NCBI GenBank assembly: GCA_001783065.1
Contig: MFQN01000018.1
Span: forward strand, 1-51,006
Reading direction: 5' to 3'
DNA from: Candidatus Magasanikbacteria bacterium RIFCSPLOWO2_12_FULL_43_12
GTDB taxonomy: Bacteria > Patescibacteriota > Patescibacteriia > Magasanikbacterales > UBA922
Length of the DNA stretch: 51,006 nt
Part shown: piece after piece, positions 12,519 to 20,773 of the stretch
Position numbering within the stretch: position 1 is the stretch's first letter
How the letters are laid out: each line of letters starts with the position of its first letter
Made by a program: the position numbers and the translations under genes
Notes under the pieces: model-generated
Database searches by the model: none
What the model was told of the DNA's origin: nothing
The model's input: only the letters and a program-made list of their open reading frames with translations

Positions 12519-12554
12519 AGGGTAAACCAAAACACCCGCGAAAAGGGTGTTTTT
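12519..12554. terminator. Bidirectional terminator-like hairpin
   Basis: AAAACACCC-GCGAAAA-GGGTGTTTT between convergent genes. Confidence 0.65.
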
Positions 12555-12620
12555 GTTTGACAGGTATCACTATCTAATTCAAAATTTTATGTGTTTTGTT
12601 AACTGTGTTCTGTGTTCTGA

Positions 12621-13238
12621 TTAAAACAATCCCATCCCACCAGTAAACAACCCAGTCAAATAAACAATCACTGGCATCAAAAACTGGAATCCGCCGATAA
12701 TAAAAGCCAGCAAAATAATAAAACCGTAACGTTCTAAAACTTCTCTGACTTTGAACATTGAATCCGGAAGAATCGCGTAAAGCAATTTTGATCCGTCCAA
12801 AGGCGGGATTGGCACCAAATTAAAAACTGCCAAAAGCACATTGGCATACACAATTACGGTTAAAAAAATCGTCAGCGGGCTGATCGGCAAATACCTGATT
12901 AAGAGGCCAAAAACAAAAGCCAACGACAAATTAGAAAGCGGTCCGGCAACTGCCACCATGGCCGGACCCCATTTTTGATTACGCAAATTATATGGATTAA
13001 ATGGCACTGGTTTGGCATAAGCGAACAAAAATCTGCCGCCGGTCATGAAAAACAAAAATAACGGCATCAAAATCGTCCCCCACATATCAATATGAGCGAC
13101 CGGATTCAAAGTCAGCCGGCCCGCGTATCTCGCGGTCGGATCTCCGAGCCTGTCCGCCATCCAGCCGTGACTATATTCATGAATGATGGAGGAAGGGATG
13201 ATGATGACGAGGAAGAATAGGAGTTGAGTTAGTTCCAT
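12621..13238 (-). CDS. Site-2 protease family (peptidase M50) membrane metalloprotease
   Basis: HEYSH (HExxH), GRLTLNP, AGPLSN, FNLVPIPPLDGSK. Confidence 0.92.
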   Translation of the reverse strand: MELTQLLFFLVIIIPSSIIHEYSHGWMADRLGDPTARYAGRLTLNPVAHIDMWGTILMPLFLFFMTGGRFLFAYAKPVPFNPYNLRNQKWGPAMVAVAGPLSNLSLAFVFGLLIRYLPISPLTIFLTVIVYANVLLAVFNLVPIPPLDGSKLLYAILPDSMFKVREVLERYGFIILLAFIIGGFQFLMPVIVYLTGLFTGGMGLF

Positions 13239-13249
13239 AAAAATTAAAT

Positions 13250-13354
13250 ATACCAATATACTAATTTACTAATGATACTAATGTATACCAATACCCTTTG
13301 ATGTAAATATTCGTATATATTAGTATCATTAGTACTCTATTTGTATATTAGTAT
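13250..13354. repeat. Palindromic short-tandem-repeat element, copy 2
   Basis: Right arm 13319-13354 matches 2163-2198 at 35 of 36 positions. Confidence 0.85.
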
Positions 13355-13361
13355 CTTTGAC

Positions 13362-13390
13362 TTGACAAAACATCTCTGTTAATATACAAT
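13362..13390 (+). promoter_or_regulatory. Sigma70 promoter of rpmB and tRNA-Pro
   Basis: TTGACA-17 nt-TACAAT. Confidence 0.7.
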
Positions 13391-13434
13391 ATCCGCACTT
13401 TAACCCATATTACCACACTTCTAAAAATAATTCT

Positions 13435-13599
13435 ATGTCCAGAAAATGCACAACCTGCGGCAAAGGTTCAAAACGCGCCGCTAACCGCAGTCATGCTAAT
13501 AATAAAACTTTGCGCCGGCAACATCCAAATCTTCAGCTTTCGGACGGAGTTTTGACCTGCACTCGTTGCATCCGCACCGCGAGTAAAAAGGCGAGGTAA
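13435..13599 (+). CDS. rpmB: 50S ribosomal protein L28, zinc-ribbon type (absent from the ORF track)
   Basis: Manual translation: MSRKCTTCGKGSKRAANRSHANNKTLRRQHPNLQLSDGVLTCTRCIRTASKKAR. Confidence 0.93.
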   Translation: MSRKCTTCGKGSKRAANRSHANNKTLRRQHPNLQLSDGVLTCTRCIRTASKKAR

Positions 13600-13631
13600 A
13601 TTCATCCACAAAGTGTGATGTAAATAAACCC

Positions 13632-13704
13632 CGGGCTATAGCGCAGTTGGTAGCGCGCATGCATGGGGTGCATGAGGCCGTGGGTTCAAGTCCCACTAGC
13701 CCGA
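13632..13704 (+). tRNA. tRNA-Pro(GGG)
   Basis: Acceptor CGGGCTA/TAGCCCG-A, anticodon arm CATGC-AT GGG GT-GCATG, T loop TTCAAGT. Confidence 0.93.
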
Positions 13705-13710
13705 CAAAAC

Positions 13711-13740
13711 AAACCCTGCACCAGAACGGTGCAGGGTTTT
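13711..13740. terminator. Bidirectional intrinsic terminator
   Basis: AAACCCTGCACC-AGAAC-GGTGCAGGGTTTT. Confidence 0.8.
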
Positions 13741-13754
13741 TATGACTTCAAAAT

Positions 13755-14084
13755 TTATATATTCAAGTCGTCAACCGCGCTGGTGTCAACAACATCTGGT
13801 GTTGCTGCTGGCGCCATCATCGGTCTTGAATGCTTGCCGCCGACCGGCTCGTTGATTTTCAGATTAACGCGCGCGTTGTTCTTCGCGCCGACGATACGCA
13901 ACAAAGTGCGGATGGCGTGGGCGGTCTGCCCTTGACGACCGATGACATAACCAATGTCACTAACGTCAACATCCAAAGTGAGTAAAACACCGCGCTCGTC
14001 AACACTGCGGGCCACTTTCACGGCCTCTGGCTTGCCAACGATTCCTTTCACGAGAAACTCGAGAAATGCTTGATCTTGGTTCAT
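13755..14084 (-). CDS. khpA: KH-domain RNA-binding protein
   Basis: DIGYVIGRQGQTAHAIRTLL (GxxG loop); directly downstream of rpsP. Confidence 0.88.
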   Translation of the reverse strand: MNQDQAFLEFLVKGIVGKPEAVKVARSVDERGVLLTLDVDVSDIGYVIGRQGQTAHAIRTLLRIVGAKNNARVNLKINEPVGGKHSRPMMAPAATPDVVDTSAVDDLNI

Positions 14085-14254
14085 ATTCTCCAAAAAATTA
14101 ATAAACTTAAGTGTACATCTTCCTAACTGTGTCGACTAACTCAGTTTCAGAAGCTTAATCATTATAGCAAATCATATTTTTGCTGTCAATGCCAGTCCAC
14201 GCGACATGTGAGTGGATAAAAACACCCTGACGTTAGGCCAGGGTGAAATTTATT

Positions 14255-14587
14255 TTATGCCGCCGGAGCTTCTTTCTTCTTTTTTGCCTCTTCTATCTTG
14301 GTTTTGCGCTTCTTAGAAAGAAACACAGAACGTTTTTTCTTTTCGTCTGAAATAATGCCATTCTTTAACAACAAATTGTGGACAGTGCTTGATGGTTGAG
14401 CGCCAACCGACAACCAATATTTAACTCTTTCCACTTTCAACTCTAACTTTTTTTCTTTATTTACCGGACTATAGTGGCCAAGAATTTCTAAGCTGCCGGC
14501 TTGAGTATCACGAGCTTTTTCCGATACAATCAATCGGTAGGTTGGTTGTTTGGCCTTGCCTAAACGCTGTAAACGTAACATTAACAT
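14255..14587 (-). CDS. rpsP: 30S ribosomal protein S16
   Basis: MLMLRLQRLG...YRLIV...LEILGHYSP...YWLSVGAQPS. Confidence 0.97.
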   Translation of the reverse strand: MLMLRLQRLGKAKQPTYRLIVSEKARDTQAGSLEILGHYSPVNKEKKLELKVERVKYWLSVGAQPSSTVHNLLLKNGIISDEKKKRSVFLSKKRKTKIEEAKKKKEAPAA

Positions 14588-14676
14588 AATTAAAGATAGT
14601 AAATAAATAATAGACGACGATTTTCAAAGAACGAGTATATAATAGCCAAAAGCCGAATAAAAGTCAAGAGCTGACC

Positions 14677-14748
14677 AACACCTCCCTCGCCCTCCTCCGA
14701 GGAGGGAACTTATAAACTCCCCTCTCGGAGAGGGGCAGGGGGTGTGTT
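14677..14748. repeat. REP-like palindrome (CCCCTCTC/GAGAGGGG family)
   Basis: AACAC...CCCTCCTCCGAGGAGGG...CCCCTCTCGGAGAGGGG...GTGTT; relatives at ~4517-4548 and 20608-20761. Confidence 0.6.
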
Positions 14749-14762
14749 CGCGATAGGTCAAT

Positions 14763-15761
14763 TTAACAATATCTTTTTATATTTTTAAATATTCTATAAA
14801 CCTCATACCTCCACTCGCTCAAAACCACATCCATCGCCATCGGATAATCCCGCCGCTCGCCGCCAAAACCGGCTTTAAATCTGGTTATGCCTGTCCATGG
14901 GTGATTGGCAGGCCAGCAAAAATCATTGAAACAAGTGGTTGCGCCGATTTTAGCATCTGGCGCGATGCCGCCAAAATCATAATACTGACAACCCAATTTC
15001 TTTCCCAATTTTATTCCTTCCAATTGCAAAAAATACGGCGCCATCAAATTGCGCTGCTCGTTCCCGGATACGCCATGTAAATAAGTAATTGTATCGCCAA
15101 ACACCGTCAGCAAAATCGCCGCGATCGGCTTGCCCTGAGCAGAGCCGAAGGGATAATACGCGGTTAGTTGATGGCAAAAATTATTTTCCAGCATTTTCTT
15201 ATAATACTCTTTCGGATGGCTTTTGAATTTATCGCGTTCTGTCGTCGCCAAATTCAACTGCCAAAAAACCCCCGCGTCTTTTTCTGATTTAATTACCACG
15301 CCCTTTTTCTCAGCCAAACGAATATTGTAGCGAGTTTTTTCATGCATCGCGGCGAGGAGCTGTTCCTCTGTTTTGCTTATATCTAAAATAAGAGTGTTTT
15401 GGGGTTGACGATTCTTTGTTGGACGTAGGACGTATGACGTAGGACGTAGGAGGTTGGATGGCTCAATTCTTATAAAAGAAAAAAAATTTTCTTTACAATA
15501 CTTAATTACACTCGTAAGCTCCATGTCAAAAGCAATAAATCTTGGAACATACAAATACTTCCACCCAAATCCGAGTCGGTGCGCAAACCCCTGCCCTTGC
15601 CACCCCACCTTGCCATTCTCAACCACCTGCAGACGCAAAACATCTTTACCGCTTTGTCGCTGGAACTCACCCCAATCCCAAGACTGCAAAAACTCCGCCG
15701 GCTTTCGCGCCAGCTCCCAATTATCCCATTCCTGCTTGTTTTGGCAGATTTTGATTTCCAT
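14763..15761 (-). CDS. FemABX-family aminoacyl-tRNA-dependent peptidoglycan peptidyltransferase
   Basis: FLQSWDWGEF, MHEKTRYNIRLAEKKGV, YYDFGGI, GITRFKAGFGG. Confidence 0.9.
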   Translation of the reverse strand: MEIKICQNKQEWDNWELARKPAEFLQSWDWGEFQRQSGKDVLRLQVVENGKVGWQGQGFAHRLGFGWKYLYVPRFIAFDMELTSVIKYCKENFFSFIRIEPSNLLRPTSYVLRPTKNRQPQNTLILDISKTEEQLLAAMHEKTRYNIRLAEKKGVVIKSEKDAGVFWQLNLATTERDKFKSHPKEYYKKMLENNFCHQLTAYYPFGSAQGKPIAAILLTVFGDTITYLHGVSGNEQRNLMAPYFLQLEGIKLGKKLGCQYYDFGGIAPDAKIGATTCFNDFCWPANHPWTGITRFKAGFGGERRDYPMAMDVVLSEWRYEVYRIFKNIKRYC

Positions 15762-15921
15762 GCGGATATTTTAGCGAAATTACACTATTTTGGCAATAAC
15801 ACAAACAGGCCTTGATTTATCAGCTAAGCTATGCTATAATTAGAGCCAGTTTAACTCATCATTCAATTTCTATCAATCACAATTAAAAATTGGAAATTGA
15901 AAATTATAAATTCTTAACACT

Positions 15922-16143
15922 ATGGGTGTTCCATCAAAACGACGCACATCTCGCTCAAAAAAAGACCGCGCCTCTCATTTTGCTTTCAAAGCGATTGGCA
16001 TAACCAAATGCGGTGAATGCGGGACAATGATTATCCCGCATCGCGCTTGCGGCAAATGCGGTTATTACAAAGGAAAAAGAGCCGTTGACAAACAAAAACG
16101 CGCCACCCGCTCAGCCAAACGCAAAAAAATGATTGGTAAATAA
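15922..16143 (+). CDS. rpmF: 50S ribosomal protein L32
   Basis: MGVPSKRRTSRS...CGECG...PHRACGKCGYYKG. Confidence 0.96.
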   Translation: MGVPSKRRTSRSKKDRASHFAFKAIGITKCGECGTMIIPHRACGKCGYYKGKRAVDKQKRATRSAKRKKMIGK

Positions 16144-16146
16144 TTT

Positions 16147-16581
16147 ATGCCGTCCCGCCATCTCGCCCGTTCCATTGCCATGCAATCACTTTACCAGTGG
16201 GATTTTCGCGGTTGTCCAATGAGTGATCTGCCGGCGATAATTGAACAAAATCTGGCAGAATTCGGCGCCGGATTGGAAGCTGACAAAAATTTCGTGAAAG
16301 AAACGGTTGATGGTGTTATCAACAATCTGACGGAAGTGGATAAAACAATCGCTGAATATGCTACAAATTGGCCGGTTGAACAGCTGTCGTTGGTTGACCG
16401 GAATATTTTGCGCATCGGCATATTTGAAATGAAATTCAACAAAGAGATTCCGCCAAAAGTCGCCATCAACGAAGCGATTGAAATCGCCAAAAATTACGGC
16501 GGTCCGTCATCCGGCAAATTCGTCAATGGCGTCCTCGGAGCGATTTACAATGATATTATGAAATCAAAAACAACAAAATAA
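16147..16581 (+). CDS. nusB: Transcription antitermination factor NusB
   Basis: [37 protein letters not shown]. Confidence 0.97.
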   Translation: MPSRHLARSIAMQSLYQWDFRGCPMSDLPAIIEQNLAEFGAGLEADKNFVKETVDGVINNLTEVDKTIAEYATNWPVEQLSLVDRNILRIGIFEMKFNKEIPPKVAINEAIEIAKNYGGPSSGKFVNGVLGAIYNDIMKSKTTK

Positions 16582-16593
16582 TTTTATTAATCA

Positions 16594-16651
16594 CTGCCTG
16601 ATTGTTACCTTGTTATGTGTGTAAACACGCGGCCAGGTAATAATATGGCAG
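16594..16651 (+). promoter_or_regulatory. Long stem-loop upstream of rnc (candidate RNase III autoregulatory site)
   Basis: CTGCC..ATTGTTACCT..TGTGT-GTAA-ACACG..AGGTAATAAT..GGCAG. Confidence 0.55.
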
Positions 16652-16669
16652 GCCTAAACCATATTATCT

Positions 16670-17440
16670 ATGCAACCGACAATGGAAGAATACAAAACCA
16701 AAAATTTCAGTGAATTGGAGGAAAAAATCGGAATTAAATTCAAACAACCGAATTACCTTGTCCAAGCTTTAGTCCATCGTTCATATTTAAATGAAAACCG
16801 CGCTTTTCCACTGGGACACAATGAGCGATTGGAATTTCTTGGCGACGCGGTGCTGGAACTGGTGGTAACCGAATTTCTCTTTGAAAATTATTTGAATCCG
16901 GAAGGCGAGCTGACTAACTGGCGCGCGGCTTTGGTCAACGCTAAAATGTGCGCGCAAGTGGCGAACGAAATCGGCCTGGAACAATACCTGTTTTTAAGCC
17001 ATGGCGAATCCAAAGACGCTGGCACAAAAGCGCGCGAATATATTCTCGCCAATGTGATGGAATCGCTGATCGGCGCCATTTACATTGATCAGGGCTGGGA
17101 AGTCGTGGAACAATTTATCACGCGCTGGATTATTACCAAACTGCCGGTGGTATTGGAAGAAGGATTGTGGATGGATCCGAAATCGCGTTTTCAAGAATCT
17201 GCCCAAGAAATTGTCGGCATCACGCCAACTTACCGAGTTTTGGGAGAAGAAGGACCGGATCACGCCAAAGAATTTGTGGTTGGTGTTTACCTTGATAAAG
17301 AAAAAATCGCCGAAGGCAAAGGCACGAGCAAACAGGAAGCGCAAGTTTCTGCCGCCGAAGCCGGACTGAAAGCAAAAGGCTGGAAAGGCCCGACTATTGA
17401 AGTGTTTAAACAAGAGAGTGAGGTGGATTATTTGGGATAA
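16670..17440 (+). CDS. rnc: Ribonuclease III
   Basis: HNERLEFLGDAVLEL signature; C-terminal dsRBD (DPKSRFQE...GPDH...SKQEAQ). Confidence 0.98.
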   Translation: MQPTMEEYKTKNFSELEEKIGIKFKQPNYLVQALVHRSYLNENRAFPLGHNERLEFLGDAVLELVVTEFLFENYLNPEGELTNWRAALVNAKMCAQVANEIGLEQYLFLSHGESKDAGTKAREYILANVMESLIGAIYIDQGWEVVEQFITRWIITKLPVVLEEGLWMDPKSRFQESAQEIVGITPTYRVLGEEGPDHAKEFVVGVYLDKEKIAEGKGTSKQEAQVSAAEAGLKAKGWKGPTIEVFKQESEVDYLG

Positions 17441-17445
17441 CAACT

Positions 17446-17554
17446 GTCATTGCGAGCCTTCGCAGGCGAAGCAATCCACACCGTCGTCATGCCGTCTCGC
17501 GCGGCCGCTGGATTGCTTCGTCAGCCGATGCGAATCGGGCTTCCTCGCAATGAC
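17446..17554. repeat. REP/RPE-like palindromic element (GTCATTGCGAG...CTCGCAATGAC)
   Basis: Perfect 11-bp terminal inverted repeat plus inner CGAAGCAATCCA/TGGATTGCTTCG. Confidence 0.75.
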
Positions 17555-17562
17555 GGATACAC

Positions 17563-17636
17563 GCGCTGCTAGCTCAATTGGTTAGAGCAGGGGCCTCTTA
17601 AGCCCAAGGTTCCGGGTTCGATTCCCGGGCGGCGCA
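17563..17636 (+). tRNA. tRNA-Lys(CTT)
   Basis: Acceptor GCGCTGC/GCGGCGC-A, loop CT CTT AA, T loop TTCGATT. Confidence 0.92.
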
Positions 17637-17641
17637 CGACG

Positions 17642-17712
17642 ACATGATGCATAATACACACAACATGATACATGTGATTTGTATCGTGATGCGTGAATCC
17701 TGTATCGTGTTA
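17642..17712. repeat. Palindromic degenerate 7-mer repeat element (CATGATA / TATCGTG) between two tRNAs
   Basis: Inverted arms of degenerate heptamers. Confidence 0.55.
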
Positions 17713-17720
17713 TTTTTTCT

Positions 17721-17792
17721 GCCCTCGTCGTTCAACGGATAGGACACCAGGCTTCGAACCTGGTGATGTGGGTTCGACTCCTGCCGAGGGCA
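17721..17792 (+). tRNA. tRNA-Arg(TCG)
   Basis: Acceptor GCCCTCG/CGAGGGC-A, anticodon arm CCAGG-CT TCG AA-CCTGG. Confidence 0.92.
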
Positions 17793-17907
17793 CAGATACC
17801 AAAAAAAAATGTTAGATAAAATACCCTGTCACCACTCAAATGAGCTTGACAGGGTGTTTTTTATTTGTTATGCTAAAAACAGTTCATTAACCAAAAAGGA
17901 GGTAAAG

Positions 17908-18216
17908 ATGAACTTGGATAAATTCCTGAACTACGGTATCTGGTTCGCTCTTTTCGGCATATTGGTCGGTCTCGTTGCGTTGCCTCGTGGCGGCGCCATT
18001 TTAATTGTGTTGTTAGTGATAGTTGCCCTAACTATCCTATTGATGATTAAGGGAATTCTCATGCTGGCTGACGTTTACGACTCGCTTCCTCCCAAGGGAC
18101 AGGCGAAAGTAAAACGCTACGGTAAACGCACAGCTTTGGCAATTATAGATAAGGTGAAAAAAAATGAAAAGTATCGCGATGTCGCTGAATTCTTTGAGAA
18201 GATTCTCCGAGACTGA
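17908..18216 (+). CDS. Small hypothetical membrane protein (two TM helices, basic C-terminus)
   Basis: AAGGAGGT SD upstream of ATG 17908; terminator AAAAAAGACCC-GAAT-GGGTCTTTTTT at ~18283-18308. Confidence 0.65.
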   Translation: MNLDKFLNYGIWFALFGILVGLVALPRGGAILIVLLVIVALTILLMIKGILMLADVYDSLPPKGQAKVKRYGKRTALAIIDKVKKNEKYRDVAEFFEKILRD

Positions 18217-18384
18217 ACAAGAGCCGTGGGGAGGCGCTGACTCCTGTCGCCCTCCCCTTCCATCCTAAATTTTAAAAACATTAAAAAAGACCCGAATGGG
18301 TCTTTTTTATTCTGTAAATATTCACACAAAAGTCCAGATAGGGACTTGCTGTTTCCATATACTAAAACTGTCCATTCGTTTTTA

Positions 18385-18605
18385 GCCCCAAAAGGGGCGA
18401 CAGATAGTAGCCAGGCACTTTAGTGCCTGGAAGAATCTTTAGATAATAATTTTGCTCTTTCTTTGGTGCTAAAAATCGCATGAAACAATAAATTGGAATA
18501 GGTGTTAGACATGTACTTGTGTCGTCCCTACGGGACTGAATTTTAAACGGTGATTTATCCCAGGCACTGAAGTGCCTGGCTATTATCTAGCGTCCCTGAC
18601 GGGAC
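18385..18605. mobile_element. REPIN/MITE-like non-autonomous element
   Basis: 29-bp inverted repeat 18402-18430 / 18560-18588 with 2 mismatches, each containing CCAGGCACT..AGTGCCTGG; GTCCC..GGGAC mini-hairpins; no transposase in the window. Confidence 0.6.
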
Positions 18606-18634
18606 TTGTGTACGAACAATTTCTTACCTTACAT

Positions 18635-20578
18635 TCAATTTAACAACACCTCATCCCCCGACAAAATTATCTGTTGGCCGGTGACCGTGTCTTCGGCCGT
18701 GATTTTTACTTTGGAAGTTAAATTCGTTTGCGAGGAATTTTTGTTTTTAAGAACCAAACCGAATTGCAAAGCCAAAACATCAACACTCGTGGGTATTGTT
18801 TCAATTTTCCAAACCACCTCGGTATTGGCCTTATCCCACTCAAACTTGCCGGCCGGCACGACTTGCGCCTCTTCCGGCAGCCAATCTATATTATAAATAT
18901 CCGCCCGCAATTCAATATTTTTTAAATCATGAAAAGTATTATTCAGCACCCAGCTAACCGAATGCATTTCTTGCCCCTTTACTCCTTGCGCGTCCTCAAC
19001 GACTTTGTCGGAAACCGTAAGCCACAAGTCTGAATTAACCGTCAAATTTATTTTATTCCCGGAAATAATTTTTGTTTCCGCTCCGTCTTGATACTTCACT
19101 TCCACCATTGCCGTGATTGAATACCCGACGAACTTTGTAAGGTCTAAATCCACCGCGTTTTTAAGTGGAATTTTCAAATCCAACAAAACTTCTTTGCCTG
19201 AATCTAATTGCTTAAGGCTCGGCAACTGTTTATCAGCCCAAGTGATTGCTCCGCGCCGAGTCTGGTCATTAATCTGCTCGCCGGTTATTGCGCCATCATT
19301 CGCGTCGTCTATCTTTTTCCAATCCAGCAAGCTCTTGTTATCAAAAGATGGTGTCTCATAAACAAGTTTTACCCGCAAATTCTTTATCGCTGATTGACCG
19401 CCATTTTTTATTATTAAACTGGTATTCAAATTTTCTCCGGGTTGAACCGATAAATTATCCATCGCGCCATTAATCGCTACGCTGGCTGACAAATCGGTTT
19501 TCAGCATTTTTACCAACGCTTTGGTCGCGTAAACAATGTATAGATCGGCCGCGTTAGAACCGGGTTTTTCACCCAAAAGCCTAAACACCATTTCCACATT
19601 TTCATCACCGATAGCCGGATTAAACTTTCCGCGCACTAAAATCTGCCCATCCTGCCAACCTGATAAATCCCAGCGATATTGATCATCCGGCACACTGCTC
19701 AATGTGCTGGTCGTCTTGTTAAAACCACCGACCGGCTCTATCGCCAAAAACAAAGCGGGCAAATCAGTTTCAATCTTATTTTCCAAATCAATTTTAAATT
19801 CCACTTCTGATCCGGCTGACGCTTCTGTCGGACCGAAAACCGTTATAGCCAATGGCGCTTCTTTTATTTCGGTGTTAAACGCGGCCACGGCCTGAAATTC
19901 CGAACTGAAATTCTCCGGCGTGTAATTCAAAAACGCGCGCAATGATTGCTTATCGCCCAAACTGCCATATAATTTCCCTCTAATATCTATATACCCGCTA
20001 TCTTGCTTGTTTAACGTCCCCAAATCCCATTCGTCTTTTTTTTCATTGGACGGCGCTTGGCTGCTGTCCGTAAAAACAAAACCTTCAGGATAGCGAACTT
20101 GCAAAATCACTTTAGCCAGAGACGCGCCCTGATTGTTGCGATAACGTATGCGGTAATTTATCTCTTGCCCATAAACTATCTCTTCTTCTCCAGCCACTGA
20201 CAAAACCACGTCTTTTTCTTTAAATCCAGCCGAAGGCTGAAACACGAAAAACCCCGCCCATGCCACTGCTCCCAAAAAGACGCAGGCAATCAGTAAAGTG
20301 ACAAAAGCGGAAAACCGGCCGCGTTTTTTTGTTTTAAAATCTGACATATCCGGCATACTGCCATCGTCATTTTCATAAATCTCGCGCAACTCGCGATTGA
20401 TTTTTTTTTCTTCTTTTTTGGGTAGACCAAACCCCGACTTTTTTTCCGGCTCAACAGTAATTTTTCTGCGCCGGATTTTGACAGGTTCGGCCGCCGGCTT
20501 TTCTTCCGCAGGAATTTCCAGATCAATTTTAGTAAACTGTGGCGCGTTGGTGTCTTGTCTATTTTTTTTAACAGGCAT
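18635..20578 (-). CDS. Single-pass membrane protein with extracellular Ig-like beta-sandwich repeats
   Basis: Charged N-terminus, one TM segment (FSAFVTLLIACVFLGAVAWAGFFVF) and repeated Y.I.Y.N / L.V.YP.GF beta motifs. Confidence 0.65.
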   Translation of the reverse strand: MPVKKNRQDTNAPQFTKIDLEIPAEEKPAAEPVKIRRRKITVEPEKKSGFGLPKKEEKKINRELREIYENDDGSMPDMSDFKTKKRGRFSAFVTLLIACVFLGAVAWAGFFVFQPSAGFKEKDVVLSVAGEEEIVYGQEINYRIRYRNNQGASLAKVILQVRYPEGFVFTDSSQAPSNEKKDEWDLGTLNKQDSGYIDIRGKLYGSLGDKQSLRAFLNYTPENFSSEFQAVAAFNTEIKEAPLAITVFGPTEASAGSEVEFKIDLENKIETDLPALFLAIEPVGGFNKTTSTLSSVPDDQYRWDLSGWQDGQILVRGKFNPAIGDENVEMVFRLLGEKPGSNAADLYIVYATKALVKMLKTDLSASVAINGAMDNLSVQPGENLNTSLIIKNGGQSAIKNLRVKLVYETPSFDNKSLLDWKKIDDANDGAITGEQINDQTRRGAITWADKQLPSLKQLDSGKEVLLDLKIPLKNAVDLDLTKFVGYSITAMVEVKYQDGAETKIISGNKINLTVNSDLWLTVSDKVVEDAQGVKGQEMHSVSWVLNNTFHDLKNIELRADIYNIDWLPEEAQVVPAGKFEWDKANTEVVWKIETIPTSVDVLALQFGLVLKNKNSSQTNLTSKVKITAEDTVTGQQIILSGDEVLLN

Positions 20579-20607
20579 AGTATAAAATTTGATGAGTGTT
20601 AATACGT

Positions 20608-20761
20608 CCTCTCTCCTCGTAGGAGAGAGACAGAGTGAGGTCTCAACGAACGTTTGCTTGCAAATTTAAAGAAGTTATCTGACCACACACTCGCCGAGAC
20701 CTCACCCCAACCCCTCTCTCGTTCGGCTGAGCTCAGAGCCGAAGCCTACGAGGAGGGGGAC
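20608..20761. repeat. Composite REP-like palindrome
   Basis: CTCTCTCCTCGTAGGAGAGAG, GTGAGGTCTC/GAGACCTCAC and a nested TTCGGCT..CTCAG-AGCCGAAG. Confidence 0.6.
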
Positions 20762-20773
20762 TTCCAAAAAAAA

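Noticed and set aside
18239-18249. attR-like duplication of the tRNA-Arg 3' region (GACTCCTGTCG versus GACTCCTGCCG)
   Set aside because: Only 10 of 11 bases match, it lies in a hairpin loop, and there is no integrase.
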